DNA from: a virus
Lineage: Duplodnaviria > Caudoviricetes
DNA length: 61,687 bases
Reading direction: 5' to 3' (one strand)
Virus record (IMG/VR): IMGVR_UViG_3300047476_001269
Coordinates: 1 to 61,687 of that record
Shown: piece by piece, positions 49,692 through 58,627 of the stretch
Layout: every line of letters starts with the position of its first letter
Numbering within the stretch: position 1 is the stretch's first letter
Translations under genes and position numbers: made by a program
The notes under the pieces: model-generated
Databases searched by the model: none
Told to the model about the DNA's origin: nothing
The model's input: only the letters and a program-made list of their open reading frames with translations

Positions 49692-50077
49692 TAATGCTGT
49701 GATGGATCATTATAATAATCCAAGAAACGTTGGAAAAATGGACAAAGGAGATACGCACGTTGGAACCGGCTTAGTCGGTGCTCCGGCGTGCGGTTAGAGG
49801 CGATGTGCTTCAACTTCAAATTCGTGTAGAAAATGAAATTATCACCGATGCCAAATTCAAGACATATGGCTGTGGCTCGGCGATTGCAAGTTCGTCGCTG
49901 GTCACTACGTGGCTTAAAGGAAAGAGTCTTAACGAAGCGGCTGCGATTAAGAATACGGAAATTGCGCAAGAACTCGCGCTTCCTCCGGTTAAAATACACT
50001 GTAGTATTCTAGCTGAGGACGCAATCAAATCTGCACTAGCAGACTACAAACAAAAACAACAAGGAGCTATCACATGA
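49681..50077 (+). CDS. iscU: Fe-S scaffold IscU interrupted by a 7-nt insert with TAG (recoded gene or pseudogene)
   Basis: GGAGG RBS; MAYSNAVMDHYNNPRNVG...GAPACG-stop, then +1 frame GDVLQLQI...FKTYGCGSAIASSS...LPPVKIHCSILAEDAI. Confidence 0.9.
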
Positions 50078-50625
50078 AACAAATGATTGACAAAGCAACA
50101 GGAAAAACACTTACACGCAGTGAAGCAGAAGCAAAAATCAAAGACAAGGCCGGTTGGGTAATCACGGTAATTGCTTTGTTATTAGCCGTGAACACATACC
50201 TGGCTAATGGCTTCAGCAGCAAGGTTTTAAACAACACCATTGCAGCTAACAATGTGTGGGCGTTCTATCAGGCCAAGAGTATCAAACAGGCGCTGGCAGA
50301 ACAGAATCTTGATGATGCACTTTCACGTGGCGACAAAGCTAAAGCAGAAAAGATGAAAGCCAAGATTGAGCGTTATGAAAGCGATCCAGAAAAAGGCGAA
50401 GGCAAAAAGGAACTGATGGCCAAAGCACAAAAGCTAGAAGCCGACAGAGATCAAGCCAAGCGTCATGGTCCATGGATGACCTTTGCAGGCACTTCATATC
50501 AGCTGGCAATTGTGTTACTGTCGGCTAGTATCTTGGCAGTGAGCATGAGCATGTTTTGGGCCAGCATTGGTGTAGGAGCCATCGGCGCACTTCTCATGAG
50601 TCAGGGCATTTGGCTTTGGATTTAA
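50074..50625 (+). CDS. DUF4337-like membrane protein
   Basis: WAFYQAKSIK, QLAIVLLSASIL; TM helices. Confidence 0.7.
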   Translation: MKQMIDKATGKTLTRSEAEAKIKDKAGWVITVIALLLAVNTYLANGFSSKVLNNTIAANNVWAFYQAKSIKQALAEQNLDDALSRGDKAKAEKMKAKIERYESDPEKGEGKKELMAKAQKLEADRDQAKRHGPWMTFAGTSYQLAIVLLSASILAVSMSMFWASIGVGAIGALLMSQGIWLWI

Positions 50626-50798
50626 AAAATCCATGTAATAACATTTGCACACTGGATCGAGATAAAATTTGCATAGGTTGTAAGAGAACCATAGAAGAGA
50701 TTTGTTTTTGGACTAAATTCAGCAGTGTTGAAAAACAAAATGTACTAAACAGAATCCATGATAAATTTGACCGAACGAGCTGCAAAAAAAGTTATTAA
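50610..50798 (+). CDS. DUF1289-like Cys-rich protein
   Basis: PCNNICTLD...CIGCKRTIEEI..W; start uncertain. Confidence 0.7.
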   Translation: MALDLKNPCNNICTLDRDKICIGCKRTIEEICFWTKFSSVEKQNVLNRIHDKFDRTSCKKSY

Positions 50799-51084
50799 AA
50801 GTCTTGAACATCGTGGACACGGTGTGGGCATTCGCATAGGTGTTAAGACCACAGGTTGCAGTGGTCTTGCCTATGTGCTAGAATACGTTGACGCCCCGCC
50901 TGTTACACGTGACTGGTTCCGTTACGAAAGTCACGGTGCAACTGTTTGGGTAAACGGTAAAGATCATGTTTACGTAAACGGACTAGAAGTAGACTATGTA
51001 AGACAAGGACTCAATGAAGGGTTCAAGTTTCGTAATCCCAATGAACGAGATCGTTGTGGTTGCGGTAAAAGTTTCCGGATATAA
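50758..51084 (+). CDS. iscA: A-type Fe-S carrier protein
   Basis: GVKTTGCSGLAY, GLNEGFKF.NPN, CGCGKSF. Confidence 0.92.
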   Translation: MINLTERAAKKVIKSLEHRGHGVGIRIGVKTTGCSGLAYVLEYVDAPPVTRDWFRYESHGATVWVNGKDHVYVNGLEVDYVRQGLNEGFKFRNPNERDRCGCGKSFRI

Positions 51085-51795
51085 ATGATAATTCAACGAT
51101 ATGACTACAAGCCCTTGAACAGAACCACTGTTGAGGGCAAGAGGCACTATTGCCTCCCTAACGGCGAAAAGGTACCCAGCGTTACCACTATCCTAGATCG
51201 TACCAAGCCACAAGAAAAAATTGATGCTCTAAACAACTGGAAGAAACGTGTGGGCGAGCAACAGGCACAGCAGATTGTTACAGAAGCTGCCAATCGCGGT
51301 ACTAGAATGCACGCCTACTTAGAACAGTATATTCTCAGCAGCGATTTCAAGCCCTTGCCAGACAACCCTTATGCACACCCAAGCTGGTTCATGGCAGCAG
51401 AAGTGGTGCTCAGAGGCTTGTGTCATGTGGATGAATTCTGGGGTACAGAAGTCCCAGTGTACTACAGCGGATTATATGCAGGTACCACAGACTGTGTGGG
51501 AGTGTGGAAAGGCCGCCCGGCTATCATGGATTTCAAGCAGACCAACAAGCCTAAAAAACGCGAGTGGATTGAAGACTACTTTTTACAGCTGGCAGCCTAC
51601 GCAGAAGCACACAATGACACACATGGTACTGACATACAGGACGGGGTGATTTTGATGTGCGCACAGCCTAAATTACAAGAAGATGGCACCTATAACACCC
51701 CAGAATACCAGGAATTTGAAGTCACAAGGGACGAATTTGCACACTGGAGAGAAGAGTGGCTCAAGCGAGTAGAGCTCTACTACCTAATGAACTAA
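51085..51795 (+). CDS. PD-(D/E)XK exonuclease
   Basis: PSVTTIL, RGTRMH, AGTTD, MDFKQ, QLAAYA. Confidence 0.8.
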   Translation: MIIQRYDYKPLNRTTVEGKRHYCLPNGEKVPSVTTILDRTKPQEKIDALNNWKKRVGEQQAQQIVTEAANRGTRMHAYLEQYILSSDFKPLPDNPYAHPSWFMAAEVVLRGLCHVDEFWGTEVPVYYSGLYAGTTDCVGVWKGRPAIMDFKQTNKPKKREWIEDYFLQLAAYAEAHNDTHGTDIQDGVILMCAQPKLQEDGTYNTPEYQEFEVTRDEFAHWREEWLKRVELYYLMN

Positions 51796-51821
51796 ATACC
51801 TAATAACAGAGGTTTTAGCAC

Positions 51822-53447
51822 ATGGCAATCGTACAGATAAGCAGAATTCAGCACCGTAAGGGTTTGCAACAGGATCTACCACAGTTGGCCAGCGCAGAGT
51901 TGGGCTGGAGCGTGGATACCCGCCAACTATACATAGGAAATGGAACTATTACAGAAGGTGCACCTACGGAAGGTGTCACTGAAATTCTAACAGAATTTAG
52001 TGATCTGTTGAACATTGGTAACCAATACATATTCAAAGGTAGTCAGTCAGGATACACTTCACAAACCGGTGCAACCACACTAGCTCCTATCACACGTACT
52101 TTGCAACAAAAACTTGATGACACAGTGAGTGTAAGAGATTTTGGTGCAGTAGGCGACGGTGTTACTGATGACACCGCAGCCATACAACGAGCTATTGATG
52201 AAATTGTGTTTGGTAGTTTTGCATTAAATCAATCACGCCTGAGAAGAAGAATTCATTTTGCGCCGGGCACTTATATTATTAGTTCCAGTCTAAAACTGCC
52301 GTCTTATGTGACCTTGGTGGGAGCAGGACTAGAAAAAACCATATTACAAAGCAGTTCGGCTATATCACCTCTCATGCAATTGAAAGACAGTTCAACTCAA
52401 GTAGACGGTGCGTACGGCACTCTAGGAGCGCAAACTGCCAAATACATTAACATACAAGACATGACTCTAGAACACCAAGGATCAAAAAACATAGTGCAAT
52501 TGGACAGTACGGATAATGTGAATTTCACACGAGTTTTGTTCAAAGGAGGTCAGTCTGCCCCAAACAGCACCAGTACTGTTCTACAAAATGCTGTGTATGC
52601 TGTACCAACTGATTCAACAAAAGATGTAAACAATATAACCTTTATTGATTGTGTAATCACACGTTGTACACAAGGACTAGTATTGTGTGCCAACAATGTT
52701 AAAATCATTGGCTGCGACATCAGTAATGTGAGCCGAGGTGTTTGGGTTGATGCTACCTTGAGTGCAGGGGCTGAATGCAAAAATATTAAAATAGCCAGTT
52801 GTGCATTTGAAAACATTGCCAAGTCAGCAGTGTATGTTGTGGCTGCATCAAACACCGCTAGAACCAACGTGATCAGCATCGGCAACTATTTTGGAGAAGT
52901 AGGAACTGCTTATTCTGGCGCCGGCTCAACCAGTGCACCAGTAATCAGTTTTGGTGGTAGTGGAAATTACAGTATCAGTGATGCGTTTGAAAGAACTGAT
53001 GCAGATTCTGCTGTGCATGCTAGAGTGTTTCATGCAGACAACAGTGTTAATACCAGCATTGATGCAAATGTAGGTGTGACCACTGGTATGATCACAAGAG
53101 GTACCGGTAAGGTGCTGACCATTACAGCAGCACAAACAGATGCCAACACTGGAATCATTCTCAGCGGTGTTAGTAGTGGGTCGGCTTCGGTGCATTACAT
53201 ATTAGAGCGACCTGATGCCAGTGCGTATCGACATGGAAAAATAGATGTGGTGTTTACAGGAACCGATATTCAATATATTGATGAATACATTGAATATCCT
53301 AATAATACTGTGTTTACCTATCCAGGGCCAACCGGAGTAACATTCAGTGTTACCAGTGTTTCTAGTGGAGTAGCAAAAATTAATTATACCAGTGACGCTA
53401 GTGGCACAGGTACATTTACTTACAGTGTTACAAAATTTCAAATCTAA
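51822..53447 (+). CDS. Tailspike-like protein with pectate-lyase-3/beta-helix domain
   Basis: SVRDFGAVGDGVTDDTAAIQRAI, FAPGTY; N-terminal ELGWSVDTRQLYIGNG. Confidence 0.75.
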   Translation: MAIVQISRIQHRKGLQQDLPQLASAELGWSVDTRQLYIGNGTITEGAPTEGVTEILTEFSDLLNIGNQYIFKGSQSGYTSQTGATTLAPITRTLQQKLDDTVSVRDFGAVGDGVTDDTAAIQRAIDEIVFGSFALNQSRLRRRIHFAPGTYIISSSLKLPSYVTLVGAGLEKTILQSSSAISPLMQLKDSSTQVDGAYGTLGAQTAKYINIQDMTLEHQGSKNIVQLDSTDNVNFTRVLFKGGQSAPNSTSTVLQNAVYAVPTDSTKDVNNITFIDCVITRCTQGLVLCANNVKIIGCDISNVSRGVWVDATLSAGAECKNIKIASCAFENIAKSAVYVVAASNTARTNVISIGNYFGEVGTAYSGAGSTSAPVISFGGSGNYSISDAFERTDADSAVHARVFHADNSVNTSIDANVGVTTGMITRGTGKVLTITAAQTDANTGIILSGVSSGSASVHYILERPDASAYRHGKIDVVFTGTDIQYIDEYIEYPNNTVFTYPGPTGVTFSVTSVSSGVAKINYTSDASGTGTFTYSVTKFQI

Positions 53448-53454
53448 TTAAGGT

Positions 53455-53904
53455 ATGTGGAAGTTAAATCCTGATGGTCGTTTTGACCACTGGAAGTCTT
53501 TTAGATCTCATATTGGATCAATGGACTTGGAACGAGCCATTCAAGAATGCAATGATTTTTGGCAAAGAGCTCCGTTCACTCCATTTTATCTTGATCATAA
53601 AGAAATTGATTCTTGGCCCGACCCTTGGCAACTAATTTATGAAAATTGCTATTGTGACCTTGCAAAAGCCTTGGGTATAGTGTATACTCTACATCTAAGT
53701 GCGCACAAAAACAGTGTGGATTTATCCATACATATTTGCCAAGATGCAACAACCAGAGCACAGTATAATTTAGTTTGGATCAATCAGGGAAAATATGTTC
53801 TTAATTTTATTACAGATGAAATTGTAAATAGAACACAGGTACCAAACAGCATGAAAACATTATTCAAACTTTCTAGTAAAGATTTGAAGCTAGATAATTA
53901 TTAA
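53455..53904 (+). CDS. Hypothetical protein
   Basis: WPDPWQLI motif. Confidence 0.6.
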   Translation: MWKLNPDGRFDHWKSFRSHIGSMDLERAIQECNDFWQRAPFTPFYLDHKEIDSWPDPWQLIYENCYCDLAKALGIVYTLHLSAHKNSVDLSIHICQDATTRAQYNLVWINQGKYVLNFITDEIVNRTQVPNSMKTLFKLSSKDLKLDNY

Positions 53905-53922
53905 GTCAATTCAGGAAGATCA

Positions 53923-56226
53923 ATGAGTCAAATACAAGTCACCAAAAGAGATGGCAATCGAGAACAATTAGATTTAGAAAAGTTACACAAGGTTGTGTTC
54001 TGGGCCACAGAAGGAATCACAGGCGTTAGCGCCAGCGAAGTAGAAATAAAAAGTCATATTCAGTTTTACAACGGAATTAAAACAGCAGATATTCAGGAAA
54101 CACTGATCAAGAGTGCTGCTGACCTGATCACAGAAGAAACTCCTAACTATCAATACGTGGCCGGCAGGTTGATCTGTTACCATCTGCGCAAACAAGTGTA
54201 TGGACGCTATGAGCCATGGCCCCTGCTGGACCTCGTACGTAAGAATGTAGAGGCCGGATTTTATGATGCAGGTCTTCTCGCCGCTTATTCAGAAGAAGAA
54301 TGGGCACGTTTAGACAATTTTGTTCATCATGAGAGAGATGAACATTTTACCTATGTGGCTATGGAGCAATGGCGTGGCAAGTATCTGGTGCAGAATCGGG
54401 TGATTGGCGAAATCTACGAAACGCCACAGGTAGCATACTTATTAATTGCAGCAACACTGTTTCAAAACTATCCAGAAGAAACTCGCTTGCAGTGGGTAAA
54501 GGATTACTACGATGCTATTAGCCTTCATGATATTTCTCTGCCTACTCCTGTTATGGCCGGTGTACGCACTCCGCAAAAACAATTCAGCAGTTGTGTACTC
54601 ATTGAAACTGACGATAGCTTGGATAGCATTAATGCTACTACCAGCAGTATTGTTAAGTATGTTAGTCAAAAAGCCGGAATTGGTATCGGAGGAGGAAGAA
54701 TACGTGCCCTTGGAAGTCCCATACGTAACGGTGATGCTTACCACACCGGCGTTATACCCTTTTACAAGCTGTTTCAGAGTGCTACCAGAAGCTGTAGCCA
54801 AGGAGGTGTCCGCAATGGAGCCGCTACCTTGTATTACCCAATATGGCACTACGAAATTGAGGATTTGATTGTTCTCAAGAACAACAAAGGAACAGAAGAC
54901 AATCGTGTGCGTCAAATGGATTATGGCGTACAATTTAACAAATTGATGTATGAAAGATTGATTACAGGTGGTGATATCACCTGCTTCAGTCCACATGATG
55001 TACCTGAGCTGTACTCTGCTTTTTTCAATGACCAAGATAGATTCAAAGAGCTGTACGAACGAGCAGAGCGTAATACCAAGCTGAGAAAGAAAACTTTCAA
55101 AGCGGCTGATTTGTTTAGTAGATTCATGCAGGAACGCAAGGATACTGGTCGTATCTATCTCCAGAATGTTGATCATGCGAACACACATTCACCATTTGAC
55201 GAGAAGGTTGCACCAATCAAGATGAGTAATCTTTGCGCTGAAATAGATTTGCCAACTGTACCGTTAAACGATGTCAACGACGAGGATGGTAGGATCGCCC
55301 TGTGTACTCTATCAGCGATCAATTGGGGCAATGTAAAAAGCCCACATGACTTCGAGAAGATGTGTCGGTTAGCAGTGCGAGGACTAGATGCACTATTAAG
55401 CTATCAAAATTATCCTATACGTGCCGCAGAATTGGCCACACGAGAATTTAGGCCTCTAGGTGTTGGTATTATTAATTTTGCCTACTTCCTTGCAAAACAT
55501 GATGTTGGTTATAGTGATCCACGAGCCTTGACTTTGGTTGATGAGTATGCTGAAGCATGGTCATACTACTTGATCAAGGCCAGTGCAGATCTTGCTGAAG
55601 AACAAGGCGCTTGTGAGCGTTGGCAAGATCTTAAGAGTGCTCGTGGAGTTTTACCCATTGACACACGTAAGCCAGACGTGGATGAACTGGTGCCCTACCA
55701 AGAGCGCATGCCTTGGCAATCACTACGCGAACAAGTTCAACGCACAGGTCAGCGCAATGCTACACTCATGGCTCTGATGCCAGCAGAAACATCTGCGCAG
55801 ATCAGCAATGCTACCAACGGAATTGAGCCACCACGTTCCTATGTGTCAATTAAAGGTTCCAAGCATGGACAACTCAAACAGGTTGTGCCTGAATATCGCA
55901 AGTTAAAAAATCGATATGAACTGCTTTGGGATCAACGCACACCGGAAGGTTATCTTAAATTGTGTGCTGTGCTGCAAAAATACATTGATCAAGGTATTAG
56001 TGTAAACACTTCATACAATCCACAATTCTACGATGATGAAAAAATACCCATGAGTGAAATGCTACAGCACCTGTTGATGTGCTATAAGTATGGACTCAAG
56101 CAACTTTATTATTTCAATACCTTTGACGGTCAAGGCGAAATCAATGTTGACAAGTTGATGGAAGCCAAGCCAGTTGAAACTGAACAGTATCAAGCTCAAG
56201 AAGACTGCGACAGTTGCGTGATCTAA
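53923..56226 (+). CDS. nrdA: Ribonucleotide reductase class Ia alpha subunit
   Basis: ATP cone VTKRDG, QFSSCVLI, SNLCAEI, MPAETS, C-terminal CDSC. Confidence 0.95.
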   Translation: MSQIQVTKRDGNREQLDLEKLHKVVFWATEGITGVSASEVEIKSHIQFYNGIKTADIQETLIKSAADLITEETPNYQYVAGRLICYHLRKQVYGRYEPWPLLDLVRKNVEAGFYDAGLLAAYSEEEWARLDNFVHHERDEHFTYVAMEQWRGKYLVQNRVIGEIYETPQVAYLLIAATLFQNYPEETRLQWVKDYYDAISLHDISLPTPVMAGVRTPQKQFSSCVLIETDDSLDSINATTSSIVKYVSQKAGIGIGGGRIRALGSPIRNGDAYHTGVIPFYKLFQSATRSCSQGGVRNGAATLYYPIWHYEIEDLIVLKNNKGTEDNRVRQMDYGVQFNKLMYERLITGGDITCFSPHDVPELYSAFFNDQDRFKELYERAERNTKLRKKTFKAADLFSRFMQERKDTGRIYLQNVDHANTHSPFDEKVAPIKMSNLCAEIDLPTVPLNDVNDEDGRIALCTLSAINWGNVKSPHDFEKMCRLAVRGLDALLSYQNYPIRAAELATREFRPLGVGIINFAYFLAKHDVGYSDPRALTLVDEYAEAWSYYLIKASADLAEEQGACERWQDLKSARGVLPIDTRKPDVDELVPYQERMPWQSLREQVQRTGQRNATLMALMPAETSAQISNATNGIEPPRSYVSIKGSKHGQLKQVVPEYRKLKNRYELLWDQRTPEGYLKLCAVLQKYIDQGISVNTSYNPQFYDDEKIPMSEMLQHLLMCYKYGLKQLYYFNTFDGQGEINVDKLMEAKPVETEQYQAQEDCDSCVI

Positions 56227-56235
56227 GAGATAATA

Positions 56236-56682
56236 ATGAATTTACGAAAATACATAAATTTATTTGAAGACCAGACCATCAACGATCAATGGTTTGAACA
56301 AGGGTCGTTCAAAACATATAAAAAACCTAACCCAGAAAAATATGAAATGGCGCAGCAAGATGGTACTATACAAACTCTAGAAGGCCCGGTAAATTATAAA
56401 AAAGGTTACTATATTCTCACAGGGCCAAAAGGCGAAACCTATCCAATACCGCCAGAAAAATTTCACGAATTAAAAGATGATGCCGGCACCGGAGTTTGTT
56501 ATCCTAAAAAAATTATCAAACTGGCCAAACTTGCAGATCATAGTGGTTCAGTGCCAACCAGCTGGGGAGAAGTGTTAAATTATACAACAGGAGAAGATTA
56601 CATTGTAAGACATGGTTCAAATGATTACGGTGTGGTTAAGAAAGATATTTTTGCAAAAACTTATGCACAGGAACAACAATGA
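56236..56682 (+). CDS. PGDYG-like protein inserted between nrdA and nrdB
   Basis: Two similar units, TLEG...GYYILTGPKGETYP and TSWG...DYIVRHGSNDYGVV. Confidence 0.6.
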   Translation: MNLRKYINLFEDQTINDQWFEQGSFKTYKKPNPEKYEMAQQDGTIQTLEGPVNYKKGYYILTGPKGETYPIPPEKFHELKDDAGTGVCYPKKIIKLAKLADHSGSVPTSWGEVLNYTTGEDYIVRHGSNDYGVVKKDIFAKTYAQEQQ

Positions 56683-57806
56683 GCGTTTTTAATATTAAAA
56701 ATAAAAAGAATCATACCGAAAGTCTAGCATTTCTAGACGAGTCTGGAACACAACCAGTTCAACGATATGACGTACTAAAGTATAGACAGTTTGATAAACT
56801 AACAGACAAACAGTTGGGATTTTTTTGGCGTCCTGAAGAAGTTGATGTATTAAGAGATGCCAAAGATTTTAAAGACCTAACACCATATGAGCAACATATC
56901 TTTACTTCAAACCTTAAACGACAGATACTTCTTGACTCTGTCCAAGGCCGTAGCCCTAACCTGGCTTTTCTTCCTATTGTATCATTACCTGAGTTGGAGA
57001 CATGGATTCAAACTTGGAGTTTTAACGAAACAATCCATAGCCGTAGCTATACTCATATTATTCGGAATGTATATGCTGACCCTAGTGAAATATTTGATCA
57101 GCTTATGGACATTAACGAAATCGTTGAATGCGCTACCGATATCAGTAGATACTACGATGATCTTATACAAGCAGCCGCATGGTATAACCTACTGGGAACA
57201 GGAACACACACAGTAAACGGAAAAGAGATCACAGTTGATCTCTATGAACTTAAGAAAAAATTATGGATGGCAGTGAATTCTGTTAATGCGCTGGAAGGCA
57301 TAAGATTTTATGTGAGCTTTGCCTGCTCATGGGCCTTTGCTGAATTGAAAAAGATGGAAGGCAATGCCAAGATTATTAAATTGATTGCACGAGACGAAAA
57401 TGTACACTTAGGATCCACACAAACCCTGCTGAAATTGCTGCCGCAGGATGATCCCGACTATGCCCGGATCAAAGAAGAAACTCGTGCAGAGTGTGAACAG
57501 ATGTTCCTGGATGCAGCAGCACAAGAAAAGGCATGGGCACACTATCTGTTCAAGGATGGCAGCATGATTGGTCTTAATGAACAACTGCTGTGTGATTACG
57601 TTGACTGGCTCACTTGCAAACGCATGACCGCAGTTGGTCTCAAGTGTGGTATCAAGACAGGCAGCAATCCATTGCCATGGACAGCCAAGTGGATCGCCGG
57701 TGCCGAAGTTCAAGTGGCACCACAGGAAACAGAGATAAGTAGTTACGTGATTGGTGGCACCAAGCAAGACGTCACCACCGAAACTTTTAAAGGATTTACA
57801 TTATAA
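56679..57806 (+). CDS. nrdB: Ribonucleotide reductase class Ia beta subunit
   Basis: FFWRPEEV, ETIHSRSY, LEGIRFYVSF, DENVH, VAPQETE. Confidence 0.95.
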   Translation: MSVFNIKNKKNHTESLAFLDESGTQPVQRYDVLKYRQFDKLTDKQLGFFWRPEEVDVLRDAKDFKDLTPYEQHIFTSNLKRQILLDSVQGRSPNLAFLPIVSLPELETWIQTWSFNETIHSRSYTHIIRNVYADPSEIFDQLMDINEIVECATDISRYYDDLIQAAAWYNLLGTGTHTVNGKEITVDLYELKKKLWMAVNSVNALEGIRFYVSFACSWAFAELKKMEGNAKIIKLIARDENVHLGSTQTLLKLLPQDDPDYARIKEETRAECEQMFLDAAAQEKAWAHYLFKDGSMIGLNEQLLCDYVDWLTCKRMTAVGLKCGIKTGSNPLPWTAKWIAGAEVQVAPQETEISSYVIGGTKQDVTTETFKGFTL

Positions 57807-58049
57807 ATGTTAACTGTGTATTCAAAGAACAACTGTCCGTTTTGCGTTCAGGCAAAACGTCTATTAGAAAGTAAAAATGTACCTTACCAAGAAGTGAACA
57901 TTGAAGACCAACCTGACGCAAGACAAATGCTGTTGGATCGTGGTCTAAGAAGTGTGCCACAAATTTTTAACAACGAAGAACTAGTGCCAGGTGGCTTTCA
58001 AGGTCTAAGCAAACAATCTGCAGATTTTTTTAATCAATTTCAAGGATAA
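57807..58049 (+). CDS. Glutaredoxin
   Basis: CPFC active site, SVPQIF, GGF. Confidence 0.9.
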   Translation: MLTVYSKNNCPFCVQAKRLLESKNVPYQEVNIEDQPDARQMLLDRGLRSVPQIFNNEELVPGGFQGLSKQSADFFNQFQG

Positions 58050-58051
58050 AA

Positions 58052-58366
58052 ATGTTAATTTCAAACAACAAGTACGATGATGGTGATGTAGTTAGTTTTA
58101 AATTGGTCAACGGCGATGAGATTGTGGCCAAGATAGTTGAAGACCAATCAGATGCTTGGGTATTGAGCAAACCTTGTACAGTGTTGCCTAGTCCCAAAGG
58201 CATTGGTTTGGTACAAAGTTTATTCACAGCTGACCAAAACAAAACAATCATACTCAAAGATCAGCACGTGATCATGCATCAATTGTGTGTTAAAGAAGTA
58301 GGCAATCACTATTTTGAAGTTACAACAGGAATCAAACCTGTCACAGGTGGGAGCATAGTAATCTAA
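58052..58366 (+). CDS. Hypothetical phage protein (Sm-like fold)
   Basis: FKLVNGDEIVAK motif. Confidence 0.6.
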   Translation: MLISNNKYDDGDVVSFKLVNGDEIVAKIVEDQSDAWVLSKPCTVLPSPKGIGLVQSLFTADQNKTIILKDQHVIMHQLCVKEVGNHYFEVTTGIKPVTGGSIVI

Positions 58367-58626
58367 TGCCGGGGGCAGTTCGTCAGAGTCAAGACAGCGC
58401 CGGAGGCATTCTTGTAGCTGGCAGTCCAAATGTGATCACCAACGGAACACCACAAGTGCGTATTGGTGATGCAGTGCAAGGACATGCTCCTGGAGAACAT
58501 GCCGGACCTACCATGGCAGAAGGTTCTTCTAATGTGATTGTGAATGGTATTCCGGCGTGTAGAGCAGGAGATAAAGCCACATGTGGACACCCAGCATCAG
58601 GTAGTCCTAACGTGATTATTAACTGA
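58366..58626 (+). CDS. PAAR-domain spike-tip protein
   Basis: GSPNVITNGTPQVRIGD, GSSNVIVNGIPACRAGD, CGH. Confidence 0.9.
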   Translation: MPGAVRQSQDSAGGILVAGSPNVITNGTPQVRIGDAVQGHAPGEHAGPTMAEGSSNVIVNGIPACRAGDKATCGHPASGSPNVIIN

Positions 58627-58627
58627 T

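Noticed and set aside
49778-50077. ORF-track 99-aa protein starting MLRRAVRGDV
   Set aside because: No RBS and it lacks the first IscU Cys; the real N-terminus begins at 49681 in another frame.
51085-51795. Cas4/CRISPR system
   Set aside because: No repeat-spacer array or other cas genes, and no four-Cys cluster pattern; an ordinary phage PD-(D/E)XK nuclease.
53923-57806. Introns or inteins in nrdA/nrdB
   Set aside because: Both are continuous and of normal class Ia length (767 and 375 aa).
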